In this document: positions 24,091-36,821 of the stretch, in pieces | How positions within the stretch are numbered: the first letter of the stretch is position 1 | Layout: each line of letters opens with the position of its first letter | Assembly: GCF_004010195.1 (NCBI RefSeq) | Contig: NC_057720.1 | Span: 27,963,473-28,027,472 of the forward strand | DNA length: 64,000 nucleotides | From: Chiloscyllium plagiosum | Lineage: Eukaryota | Reading direction: 5' to 3' | Translations under genes and position numbers: made by a program | The notes under the pieces: model-generated | Seen by the model: only the letters and a program-made list of their open reading frames with translations | The model's database searches: none | Told to the model about the DNA's origin: nothing

Positions 24091-27000
24091 AATGAATCTG
24101 TTGCTCGCTCTCTCTCTCTTGCTGTGTCTCGCTCTCTCACACACAAATATGTGTTACACAGTGACTTTATTTATCTGATTCGATATTTAATTCTCCACTG
24201 CCACAATATTTTTCTTTCTGTCACCTGCTACCAACTAAATTGTGGCATGTTTCTGTGGTTTCTGCTACTAAATATCACGAATCTGCATAAATAATACTCC
24301 AATTCATTTCTGAATTGTGGTATTCCAATTTCTGTATAGATCTTGTGTTTATCTGGAAAATTTTTTTTTAAACAAAATCTCCAACAGCAGTATTTTGGAA
24401 GTTTAGATTTTCTTTATGCAACCTGTTTTGTGAACTTATAGTTTTACCTCCATCTTACCAGAGCTAATTAATTTTGGTTTTATTTTGACTAGGTACCCTA
24501 GAACTCTGGGAATAATGTGAAAATGAGTTTGCTGGGATCTGTCCGCAATTTGTTGCTGGCTCTTTGTCTGATGTTGGTCTTGGGATTTCTCTACTATTCT
24601 GCTGGAAAATTACACATGCATGGATGGGGACAGGAATCACGTGAGTCATGAACTATTTTAAAAATTATCTCATTTTTTTCTGAGCTTTGTTTCATGATCT
24701 AAAATGCAAAGGTATTGAGTTGTGATTTCTCACAACTGTGGGATTTGGGATTTTAACTTCTATTCAAATTGAAAGCAAGGAAACCATAACCATTTTGTTC
24801 CAAATTCTAATTCATTCTTACTGCAAATATCATGGAAGCACATTCTGTTCAGTTGTATGTATCTAAAAGGTTCTTGTGACTAAGCAGGAAAGTGATCCTC
24901 CTTAATTGATTTCTTTTAAATCACTGGATCTGTATTGCATTACGTTATAGTAGCTAGACTGATTGCACTTTGGAATGGCTGGGTAGAGCAGCAGGAAAGG
25001 AATGGAGAAGACATTTGGCCTTTCATCCATAAATCAAATAATCTATCCAAATCTAGGATTATTCTCTAAAAAGTGTTGCTTTCACTGAACAATATAGATA
25101 CATTCATATTTTTCAATCTCTGTGGATAAATGATTTAGATGTCCAACTATTGCAAGTCAGAGGGCTCTTTTCATTATAACAGCTTTGTATTCTTGCAGTA
25201 CCCATATGAGATGTGTGATTATAGCTTAGTTGTTCCTTTATTTTATGCTTTGCACGAGGGACATAGAATCAGAATTATAGTGGCACAGAAGGCCATTCAA
25301 TCTGTTGAATCTGTGTCTGCTCTACAAGACCAATGTTGCTAGTCTTTCTTTTTGGCTCTTTCCTCATCGTTTAGCAGATACTATCTCTTCAGAATCTAGT
25401 GTAATCTCTTTTGAAAACTATTATTGAAAATGCCTTCACTGCCGTTTTGGATATTAAATTCAGATTGTAACTACTTCCTGCATTAAACTTTTTATTTTCT
25501 CCATACTGCTTTTGGTTAATTTCCCAATCAGTAGCGCTGCATCTTCTGGTTTTGATCCTTTTGCCAATGGGAACAGTCTCCCTTTTCTTTTATTTTTTTT
25601 TGTTTTATTTTTTCTGTTTGCTATTTTCTTGTCCTTTCCTTTCTGTCTGTCTCTTTTTTTCCCTCCCTCTTTTTGTTTTCTTTTTCTCTCTCCTCTGCTT
25701 TCTCTCCTCTCTCACACATCTGTAGATTGCTAATGATTTGGAACAGCTCTAACAAAGCTACTCCCAAGCCTCCATAAGGAGAACCTTTCCAGTTTCTTCA
25801 ATCCACGCATATAACTGAAGTCCATTATCCCTGGAAGTGTTTTTGGCAATCTTTTCTGTACTGTCCTGCTTTCATATTATTCCTGAGGTGTTTCTGGGAA
25901 GTTGAGATTATGTGTGTTTTATAAAGGTTCTTCATAACTTTGCTTTGTACTTAATAACATTTTAGCCACTTTCTTACATTGTTCTTACCTTTTTGATTTT
26001 AACAAATGTTCCATCTGTCTGTATCCTCTTGAAGACTATCACTGTCCTCTTCATTGTTCACTAGACTCACAAGTTTTGTCATCAGTAAAATTTGATTCCA
26101 TTTTCTGTAGATCCAATTCTAAATAATTAAATTACATGAAGAAAACAATGATGCCTGAAATCACAACTGTTTGTCAACCTCCAATCCAAAGAAAAAGTCA
26201 TTTGCCAGGAGTGAACAAATCCAAGCTGGCTTTTTAAAAAAAATTAAATTTCTCCAAATGACTATTAAATTTGTCCCAGATTATAGTTTCTAAAAATTTC
26301 CAACTACTACAGTTACGCTGCCTGGCCTTTGATTGCTGGGTTTGTCCTTCATTCACCCCACCTCAGCTCATCTGCTGCCAAACTCTAATTCCTGTCTTCT
26401 TTATCTCTAAGCTTAACTAATGTTATACACTGTCGGCTGGTTGCTTGTATTCTACCCTTCAAAATTATCATTCAAAATTGTGTGCCATTAATGCATCAGC
26501 CCTGTTGTTGCTGACCGACATTCTCCATACTTGTGACCAGTATTGATCATCGCAGAATTTAATCTGATTTAAATCCAGAAATGCTGGAAATGTCTGGGAA
26601 GTCTGATAGCATCTGTGGGGAAGGCAACAATGAATGTTGTGTGTCAGTGAATTTCATCAGCAGTGCAGTAGAAAAGAGAAGTGTTCCAACAATTGAACTA
26701 AAGTGATCCAGTCATTTGGTCTCGTGTAACTGTTTAAAATCTTTCAAATGGTAGACAATGTAGTTATTCCAGAATGCTAATTTAAGATAGTTTACGTTTC
26801 AGTAGAAGACCAAGGTTCACAAAAGTAGTAATTTTATCCAAGTTACAAACTGAACATGTGATAAGCCTAATAGTGATCCGTTCTGGTGGTCAGTATTGAC
26901 AATGATATGTAGTTTGTATTGTAAACCAACAGTTCTAATTGCCAGCTGGACACCAGCTATCATTGTTGTAGAATGGTCAACCAAGCTTCAGTCATAGGAA

Positions 27001-27174
27001 AAAAAATACAGAAGACAATATTCCATATATTCATTTTTGAAAATTGAACTTAGCCTATTGGGTTCTTGTTTTATCTATGAATATTTATGTAGACAAGTTT
27101 CATGAATTTATAAGCAACTACAATTACCTGGATCTATCTATACAGACAACGTTTCTAACAGGAAGCATGTAATT

Positions 27175-27735
27175 GCAATTTTTGAGAAGGTTTATGGCTC
27201 AGGTTGAGATCCAGGTTGTAAGTTTGCTCGCTGAGCTGGTAGGTTTGTTCTCAGATGTTTTGTCACTATGCTAGGTAACATCATCACCGCGCCTCCGTTG
27301 AGGCGCTAGTGTTCTGTCCCGCTTTCTATTTATGTGTCTTGGTCTGTTAAGGTGGATGCTATCATTTCAGGTTCTTTTTCTCTGAGGTTGATAAATGGGG
27401 TCAAAATTCATGTGTTTATTGATTGGAGTTTTTTTTGAATGCCATGCCTCGAGGAATTTCTGAACGTATCTCATTTTAGCCTGTGCTCAGATGGATGTGT
27501 TGTCCCAGTTGTAATTGTGTCCTCCTCTGTCTGTGTGTAAGGATACTAGTGATAACTGGTCATGTCTTTTGGTGGCTAGTTGGTGCTTGTGTATCCTGGT
27601 GGCTAGTTTCCTGTCTGTCCAATGTAGTGTATGTTGCAGCCCTTACAAGGTATTTTGTATGTGCCATTTGTTTTGCTGGTTGTTGGTACAGGGTCCTTTC
27701 GGTTCATCAGTAGCTGTTTCAATGTGTTGGTAGGT
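27175..27735 (-). mobile_element. Older Penelope-like GIY-YIG fragment related to family B
   Basis: Minus ORF NGTYKIPCKGCNIHYIGQTG; decayed hammerhead gTGATGA-t-GTTAC...GTGAC-aAAA-ca-TC near 27252-27288. Confidence 0.8.
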
Positions 27736-28134
27736 GTGTGGGCTTTTCCAGTTTTCCAGTATTGTTGGTGTGAAATGAATAGTGAAGTTAACATTACATG
27801 CCATTATTTCTACAGAAATTCTAGTGAGCATACAAATGCAGTGAAGCTTATACTCTGAAATACAGCACTTCTTTGTAAACTGCCAAAACTGCATCCCACA
27901 TTCTGGTTCCCAATTCAAGCTTGCTTCATTCTGTGTTGTTTCTTTATTTATATCAAAGATAAGGACTGATGTATAACTCTTCCTGGGTCCCCTTTTTAAA
28001 GCCCACCTTCTTCTGAATTTGGCTTTTGAAAAAGCTATCTGCAAATGCACTTAGAACAGCATTGTTAAAATCTCGATTTTCTAGTCTGTGATTTTTTTCA
28101 CCACATTTCTGAAGTCTGCTGATTTGTTCAACTC

Positions 28135-28460
28135 TGAGTCATACAGCACAGAAATAGACTCTTTGGTCCAACTCATCCATGCTGACCAGGTATACTAAAC
28201 TGCACTCGTCCTATTTGCCTGCGTTTGACCCATATCCCTCGAAACATTTCGTATTCATGTACCTGTCCAAATATTTTTGAAATGTTGTAATTGTACTTGC
28301 CTCTACCACTTCCTTTGGCAACTCATTCCATACATGCACCACTCTGTATGTAAAAGTTGCCCCTCAGGTCCCTTTTAAATCTGCTGCGCCCCCCCCGGCC
28401 CCCTAAGTTTTCTATTTACCTTATCTATACCCTTATGATTTTTACAAACTTCTATAAAGG
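28135..28460 (-). mobile_element. CR1 3' fragment interrupted by Rex1
   Basis: Reverse CR1 3' UTR; CR1 sequence resumes after 29740 (gctccagggaaa). Confidence 0.75.
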
Positions 28461-29740
28461 TTTAACCTCCATAATCATAAAATACTTCAAGCGGCTGGTC
28501 ATGGTTCACATGAACTCAAGCCTCCCAGCCTGCCTCAATCACCTGCAGTTTGCCTACTGACTTAACAGGTTCACAGTGGATGCCATTTCCCTAGCCCGAC
28601 ATGCATCCCTGAAGCACCTGGACAACAAGGACATCTATGTCAGACTCCTATGCATCAACTACAGCACCGCCTTCAACATCATCATCCCCTCCAGACTAAT
28701 ATCAAAATTCCGAGACTGAGGACTCTGCTCGGTTCTCTGCAACTAGGTCTTCAGTTTTCTGACCCACAGATTGCAATCAGTGAAGACAGACAACTGCACC
28801 TCCTCCATGTTAACTTTCCAACGCTGGTGCCCCCCCAGGATACATTCTCAGCACCCTACTGTACTCCCTGTACACCCATGACTGTGTTGCCTAATTCCAA
28901 ATGAATGCCATCTACAAGTTTGCTGATGATACCACTGTGGTAGGTTTGAATATCAAACAGCAATGAGTCAGAATACAGAAAGGAAATGGAGAGCTCGATG
29001 CTATGGTCAATGTTGGGAAAACAAAAGAACGATCATTGATTTCAGGAAGAAAGGAGGAGGACATGCCCCCGTTGTCTTCAACAGAGCAGAGATTGAGAGT
29101 GTTCTTCGGAGTGATGATAACCGGCAATCTATACGGGACTTCCCACATAGATGTGAGGTCAAGAAGGCACAACAACACCTCTTCTTCCTCAGGCAACTTT
29201 GGAAATTCAACATGTCCATAAGGACCCTCACCAACTTTTACAGATGCACCAAAGAAAGCATACTATCAGAGTGTGTAACGGCCTGTAACAGCAATTGCTG
29301 TGTTCAGGACTATAAGAAATTACAAAAGGTTGTGTGCACATCCCAGATCAGCATGGAAGCCACCCTCCCATTCATAGACTCCATTTATGCTTCTCATTGC
29401 CATGGAAATGCTACCAACATCATCAAAGATCCCTTCCAACTCGCTAATGCTCTTCTACAACCTCTTCCGTTAGGCAGAAGATACAGAAGCTTGAACACAC
29501 CTACTAACGGATTGAAGAACAGCCTCTTCCCTGCCATTATTAGACTGATGAATAGACTGTCTAACTTCAAAGAAATGTTGATTTTGCTTTGCGGATATCC
29601 TGTGCAGTGTAACTTGTTTGCTTTACTCTAAGCACCATATGATCTGTCTGCCTTTGTTTGCTATGATTTGCCTGCACTGCTTACAAAACAAAGCTTTTCA
29701 CTGTACTTGGGTATATGCGACTACAATAAATCAAATAAAG
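28460..29740 (+). mobile_element. Rex1/Babar-clade LINE, 5'-truncated
   Basis: KYFKRLV...LQFAY, IYKFADDTTVVG, KAQQHLFFLRQL...LTNFYRC; 3' end tacaataaatcaaat. Confidence 0.85.
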
Positions 29741-30134
29741 CTTCTGGTGCTCCAGGGAAACACTGTCCTCTTTCGTTGCTGTTTTCCTTTCTTCCACTGG
29801 TTCATTTGAGTCAAAATTCTTCTGAGGTTATGAGTGTACAAGATAGAGACATTCAGCACCTTACGTCTGCTTTAATTAGGTCATGGTCACTCTTCTGCCT
29901 CAATGCCATTTTCTTTCACTGTTCCCTCAATCGGAGAATGGCAAAGATTTACCACCCTTTAAATGAAGAAGTTCCTCCTCATTCCAGTTCTAAATGGCTC
30001 AACCCTTATTGTACTTTGTCTCCCAGACCTCCAGCCAGTGGATACATTCTTCCTGCATCTACCCTGTGGAGTTTATATGATTTTTCAATGTTTTAGTGAG
30101 ATCACCTCTTGGGTGAGGAAACCAAAGCTGACTA

Positions 30135-30930
30135 ACCTATGAAGAAAGACTGGATTGACTGGGCTTATGCTCACTGGAATTTAGAAGAATGAGGAGGATC
30201 TCATAGTAACGTATAAAATGCTGATGGAATTGGACAAGCTAGAAGTAGGAAGAATGTTCCCGATGTTGGGGAAGTCCAGAACTAGGGGTCACAGTCTAAA
30301 AATAAGGGGTAAGCCATTCAGGTCTAAGATGATGACTGGGCTTATGCTCACTGGAATTTAGAAGAATGAAGAGGATCTCATAGTAACGTATAAAATGCTG
30401 ATGGAATTGGACAAGCTAGAAGTAGGAAGTATGTTCCCGATGTTGGGGAAGTCCAGAACTAGGGGTCACATTCTAAAAATAAGGGGTAAGCCATTCAGGT
30501 CTAAGATGAAGAGGAATTTCTTCACTCAGTTGTGAACCTGTGGAATTCTCTACCGTAGGAAGCTGTTGGGACCAGTTCATTAGATATATTCAAGAGGGAG
30601 CTGAATGTGACCCCTCTCGCTAAAGGGATCAAGCAATGTGGGATACTGAAATTGCATAGGAGAAAGTGAGGACTGCAGATGCTGGAGGTCAGAGTCAAGA
30701 GTGTGGTGCTGGAAAAGCACAGCAGGTCAGGCAGCATCCAAGGAGCAGGAATCCTGATGAATGGTTTTTGCCCAAAACGCCGACTCTCCCCCTCGGATGC
30801 TGCCTGACCTGCTGTGCTTTTCCAGCACCAGACTCTCTACTGAAATTGCATAATTAACCATGATTTTATTGAATGATGCTGCAGGCTCAAAGTGCCAAAT
30901 GGCCTACCCCACATATTTTCTGTGAATCTA
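30135..30930 (+). mobile_element. CR1 3' fragment with an internal 177-bp tandem duplication
   Basis: 30156-30332 repeated at 30333-30509. Confidence 0.8.
30659..30837. mobile_element. Palindromic family A mini-element
   Basis: 15-bp TSD tactgaaattgcata at 30644-30658 and 30838-30852; decayed hammerhead core. Confidence 0.9.
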
Positions 30931-31228
30931 TGAATAATTCTCCAGCGTCAGAGGTTTCTAAAATCATGAGGGGCATGGATAGGATAAATAGACAAAGTAT
31001 TTTCCTTGGGGTGGGGTAGTCCAGAACTAGAGGGCATAGCTTTAAGGTGAGAGGGGAAAGATTTAAAAGGGACCTAAGGGGCACCTTTTTCCACACAGAA
31101 TAGTGCGTATATGGAATAAGTAGTCAGAGGATGTGACGGTGGCTGGTACAACTACAACATTTGAAAGGCATCTGGATGGGTAATTGAATAGGAAGGATTT
31201 AGAAGGCTATGGGCCAGATGCTGGCAGA

Positions 31229-34200
31229 TCATGAATAGGCAGAGCGCATGCTGAGCAGGAGCAGACATGAGACAGCTGAGTGAGCGAGGTAATATATTTG
31301 GGTGGTTACTTTACCTGAAACACGACATAGGTCGTGTCTCCCACCCATCCTCCTCTAACCAAAAACATGGTTCTGACCACTGATTTGGTAAGGTTACTAG
31401 TTCTTTTTATATATAGTCTGTTTGGGAATTCAGAACAGTGGGAATGGATGATAGGGCAGTTGAATGCCCTATCATGTAGGATGTGGGAGGTAAGGGTCAC
31501 CACTAGTGTCCCTACTGACTTCATCTGTGGGAAGTCAAGATTAGAATGGTGCTGGAAATGCACAACAGGTAAGGCAGCATCCGAGGAATAGGAAAATCAT
31601 CATGAAGGGCTCCTGCCCGAACCGTCGATTTTCCTGTTCCTTGAATGCTGCCTGACCTGCTGTGCATTTCCAGCACCATTCTAATCTTGACTGTAACCTC
31701 CAGCATCTGCAGTCCTGACCTTGGCCTAGTTCATCTGTGGGAAGTGCACCCAACTCAGTCTCCTTAGCAACCGCATTAGGGAGCTGGAGCTGGATGAACT
31801 TTGGATCATTTGGGAGACTGAGGGGGTAATTAAGAGGAGTTACAGGAGGTAGTCACATATCAGGTACAAGAAAAAGGCAGATGGGTGACAGTCAGGGGAC
31901 GGAATGGGAACAGACAGACAGTGCAGGGATCCCTTGTGGCCATTCCCTTCAATAACAAGTATATTGTTTTGGATACTGCTGGGAGCAACGGCTGACCAAG
32001 GGTAAGCTATGGGGTACAGATCTCTGGCACAGAGTCTCTCCCTGTCACTCAGAAGGGAAGGGAGGAGAGGAGGAGAGCATTAGTCATTGGGGACTCCATA
32101 ATTAGGGAAAAAGATAGGAGATTCTGCGGGATCAAAGGAAACTCGCGGTTGGTGTTTTGCTTCCCAGGTGTCAGGGACGATGATTTTTCAGATCGTGTTT
32201 TCAGGATCCTTAAGGGGGAGGGGAAGCAGCCTCAAGTCGTGGTCCACGTAGGCATCAACAACACAGGTGCTTATACAAAGGATGGGATATAAGGCAGAAA
32301 TTCAAGGAGCTAGGGTTGAAGCTTAGAGCTGGAACAAACAGAGTCATTATCTCTAGTTTGTTACCTGTGCCACGTGCTAGCGAGGTGAGGAATAGGGAGA
32401 GAGAGCAGTTGAACATGTGGCTTTAGGGATGGTGCAGAAGTGAGGGATTCCGATACCTGTATAATTGGGGCTCATTCTCTACAAGCAAGATGGTCTACAC
32501 TTGAACCAGAGGGGTACCAGTATCCTGGGGAGGAAATTTGCTGATGGTTTTTGGGGTACGGAGGATGGGGGTGTGGTTTAAGCTAATTCGGCAGGGGGAT
32601 GGGAACCTGAATTGTAGCTCCAGTGTACAGGTGGTTGAGAGTAGTGAGGTCATGAATAAGATTTCACGCTCGCAGGCGTGTACCAGCAGGCAGGCAGATG
32701 GTTTGAAGTGTGTCTACTTCAACGCCAAGAGCATTTGGAATAAGGTGGGTGAACTTGCAGCGTGGGTTGGTACTTGGGACTTTGTTGTGGCCATTTTGGA
32801 GACCTGGATAGAGCAGGAATGGTTGTTGCAGGCTCCAGGATTTAGATGTTTCAGTACGATCAGGGAAGGAAAAGAGGGCGAGGTGTTGCATTGAGTGTCA
32901 AGGACAGTATCACCTGTGGCAGAAAGGACATTTGATGAGAATTCCTCTACTGAGGTAGTATGGGCTGAGGTTAGAAACAGGAAAGGAGGGGTCATCCTGT
33001 TGGGAGCTTTCTATAGGCCTCTGAAAAGTTCCAGAGATGTAGAAGAAAAGTTTGCAAAGATGATTCTGAATAGGAGTGAGAGTGACAGGGTAGTTGTTAT
33101 GGGGGCCTTTAACTTGCAAATATTGACTGGAAACACTATAGTTCGAGTACTTAAGATGGGTCAGTTTTTGTGCGTTGTGTGCAGGAGGATTTCCTGATAC
33201 AGTATGTAGATAGGCCAACAAGAAGCGAGGCCACATTGGATTTGGTACTGGGTAATGATTTGGAGGTAGGTGAGCATTTTGATGGTAGTAACCACAAGTC
33301 GGTTATGTTCACTTTAGCAATGGAAAGGGATAGGTACATACTGCAGGGCAAAAGTTGTAGCTGGGGGAAAGGCAATTATGATGCGATTAGGCAAGATTTA
33401 GGATGCATAGGATGAGGAAGGAAACTGCAGGAGATGGGCACAGCTGAAATTTGGAGCTTGTTCAAGGAACAGCTACTGCGTGTCCTTGATGAGTATGTAC
33501 CTAGGTAGGGAGTAAGTGGCCGAGCGAGGGAACCATAGTTTACTAATGAGGTTGAACCTCTTGTCAAGAGGAAGAAGGAGGCTTATGTGAAGATGAGGCA
33601 TGAAGGCTCAGTTAGGGGCTTGAGAGTTACAAGTTAGCCAGGAAGGACCTAAAGAGGGAGCAAAGAAGAGTCAGGAGGGGACATGAGAAGCTTAAGGCAG
33701 GTAGGATCAAGGAAAATTCGAAAGTGTTCGATAGGTATGTCTGGAATAAAGGAATGACTAGAGTAAGATAATCAAGGACACTAGTGGGATGTTGTGCATG
33801 GAGTCTGAAGAGATAGGAGAGGTGCTTAATGATTATTTGTCTTTTTCCTGTGTGAATACTAATGAAAATGTTGTCGTGGAGAATACTGAGGTACAGGTTG
33901 GTTAGACAAGATGGGATTGAGGTTTATTAGGAGGAAGTGTGAGTAATTCTGGAAAGTGTGAAAATAGATAAGTCCCCGGGCCGGATGGGATTTATCCTAG
34001 AATTCTCTGGGAAGCAAGGGAGGAGATTGCCGAGCCTTTGGCTTTGATCTTTATCTCATCATTGTCTGCACGAATAATGCCAGAAGACTGGAGAATAGCA
34101 GATGTTGTGCCCTTGTTCAAGAAGGGGAGTAGAGACAACCCTGGTAATTATATAGACTAGTGAACCTTACTTTGATTATAGGTAAAGTATTGGAAAGGAT

Positions 34201-35454
34201 TATAAGAGAGGGGATTTATAATCATCTAGAAAGGAATAAATTGATTAGGGATAGTCAACACAGTTTTGTGAAGGATAGGTCATGCCTCACAAACTTTGAG
34301 TTCTTTGAGAAGGTCACCAAACAGGTGGATGAGAGCAAAATGATTGATGTGGTGTATATAGATTTCAGTAAAGCTTTTGTTAAGGTTCCCCCCGGTAGGG
34401 TATTGCAGAAAATACGGAGGCATGGGAATGAGGGTGATTTAGTGGTTTGGATCAGAAATTGGCTAGCTGAAAGAAGACAGAGGGTGGTTCATCCTGGAGC
34501 TCAGTTATGAGTGGTGTACTGCAAGAATCTGTTTTGGGGCTACTGCTGTTTGTCATTTTGATAAATGATCTGGATGAAGGTGTAGAAGGATGATTTAGTA
34601 AATTTGCAGATGACACTAAAGTGCAGAAGGATGTTGTGGGTTACACAGGGACATAGATAATCTGCAGAGCTGGGCTGAGAGTTGGCAAATAGAGTTTAAT
34701 GTGGAAAAGCGTGAGGTGATTCACTTTAGAAGGAGTAACAGGAACGCATAGTACTGGGATAATGGTAAGATTCTTGGTAGTGTAGATGAGCAGAGAGATC
34801 TCATGTCCATGTGCATAGATTCCTGAAAGTTGCCACCCACGTTGATAGGATTGTCAAGAAGGCGTATGGTATGTTAGGTTTTATTGGAAGAGGGATTGAG
34901 TTTCGGAGTCACAAGGTCATGTTGCAGCTGTACAAAACTCTGGTGTGACTGCAGTTGGAGTATTGCCTACAGTTCTGGTCGCCACATTATAGGAAGGATG
35001 GGGAAGCATTGGAAAGGGTGCAGAGGAGATTTACCAGGGTGTTTCCTGGTCTGGAGGGAAAGTCTTATGAGGAAAGGCTGATGGACTTGAGGCTGTTTTT
35101 GTTGGAGAGAAGGTTGAGAGGTGACTTAGAGACCAACAAGATGATCAGAGGATTAGCTATGGTGGACAGTGAGATCCTTTTTCTGAGGATGGTGATGGCG
35201 AGCACAAAGGGACGTAGTATTTTTTTATTGAGGAAGAATAGATATAGGACAGATGTCAGAGGTAGGTTCTTTATCAGAGAGTGGTGAGGGCCTGCAGCAG
35301 TACTAGACTTGCCAACTTTAAGAGCATTTAAATGGAAAAACATATGGATGATAATGCAATAGTGTAGGTTAGATGGGCTTCAGATTGATTTCACAGGTCG
35401 GCACAACATCGAAGGCCGAAGGGCCTGTACTGCGCTGTTATGTTCTATGTTCTA
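31229..35454 (+). mobile_element. Near full-length CR1 LINE (second subfamily) nested in another CR1 3' end (30950-31228 and 35455-35545)
   Basis: ORF1 SCRMWEV...FICGK and IGDS esterase motifs; ORF2 CVYFNAKSI, FYRP, SKFADDTK, EYCLQFWSPHYRKD; tail (tatgttc)n. Confidence 0.92.
31536..31729. mobile_element. Palindromic family A mini-element in CR1 ORF1
   Basis: 16-bp TSD ttcatctgtgggaagt at 31520-31535 and 31730-31745. Confidence 0.9.
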
Positions 35455-35647
35455 AATGGGACTAGATTAATTTAGGATATCTGATCGGCATGGATGAATT
35501 GGACCGAAGGGTCTGTTTCTATGCTATACAACACTATGACTCTGTGCTCTTGCTAAGATACTACACATTTGCAGCAAGGCATCTTTACTCCTGTGTTCAA
35601 ACCCTCTTGTAATAATGGTCAACTTACCATTTGTCTTCCTAATTAGT

Positions 35648-35985
35648 GGGAGGCATGGTGGCTGAATGATTAGCACTGCTACCTCAGGTGAGTTTGATTC
35701 CCCCCTCGGGTGACTATGTTTGGAGTTTGCACGTTCTCCCCGTGTCTGCATGAGTGCCCTCTGGGTGCTCTGGTTTCTTTTCACTGCCTAAGGATGTGCA
35801 TATTAGGTGGGTTGGGCATGCTAGATTGCCCATATTGTCCAGGAATATGTAGGTTAGGTGGATTATCTGTGGAAATGCAAGGTTACAGGGATGGTGGGTC
35901 TGGGTGGGATGCTGTTAGGAGGGTCAATGTGGACTCTATGGGCCAAATGGGCTGCTTCCACACTGTAAGGATTCTATGATTCTAC
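35648..35985 (+). mobile_element. HE1-like V-SINE, older copy
   Basis: Degenerate tRNA head, central domain, gattctat tail. Confidence 0.8.
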
Positions 35986-36821
35986 ATGCTTGCTGCACCT
36001 GAATGTTAGCTTTCAGTGACTTGGGTACAGGGTGTCTTTGGAAATCAACGCTTCCAAATCTCTCTCCATTCAAAAATGATGCTGCTTTTCTGTTTATCCT
36101 ACCAAAATGGAGGACTTTACATTTTTCCACATTATATTCCATCTTCCATGTATTTGCCACTTACTCAGCTTGTCCAAATCGCTTTGCAGTCTCTTTGCAT
36201 CCTCCTCACAACTGTCATTCTCACTTAGTTTTGTGTCATAAGCAAATTCTGGAATGTTGCATTTGGAACTCACACCTAAATCATTACTATGTGTTGTGAA
36301 TAGCTGGGCCAAAATAGTGCACCTTGCAGTTCTTTACGAGTCACAGGCTGCCAACCTGAGTGATCTGTTGATTCATATTGTGTTTTGGACCTTTAACCAG
36401 CCCTCAAACCATGCCACTTATATAATACCCAATCTAGTGTTATAATATTTCTTGCTAATCTTTTGGAATGGGGTTTTATCGAAAGCTTTCTGAAAACCCA
36501 AATACGCCATATCGACTGGTTCAGTTGTAAAGATGGATCACTGGATCTGAAACATTAACTCTGATTTCTCTCCACAGATGCTTCCAGATCTGCTGAGATT
36601 TTCCAGCAATTTTTATTTCTCTTTCAGATTTCCAGCATCTGCAATTCTTTTGGTTTTTTTTAACTCTCATTTCAAATGTTGTGCGTCACTCCTTATAATC
36701 TGCCATCAATGTCCTCTCTTGGAAATGAAAATCCTTGCCAAACTCTCTCTCTTTTTCCACACCAAAGTCCTTAAAAATGTTGACATCTTCCAAATCCATC
36801 TTTCAAAAAAAATCATGTTTG

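Noticed and set aside
25580..25715. Hydrophobic ORF 25512-25733 as a membrane peptide
   Set aside because: Translation of a low-complexity pyrimidine tract.
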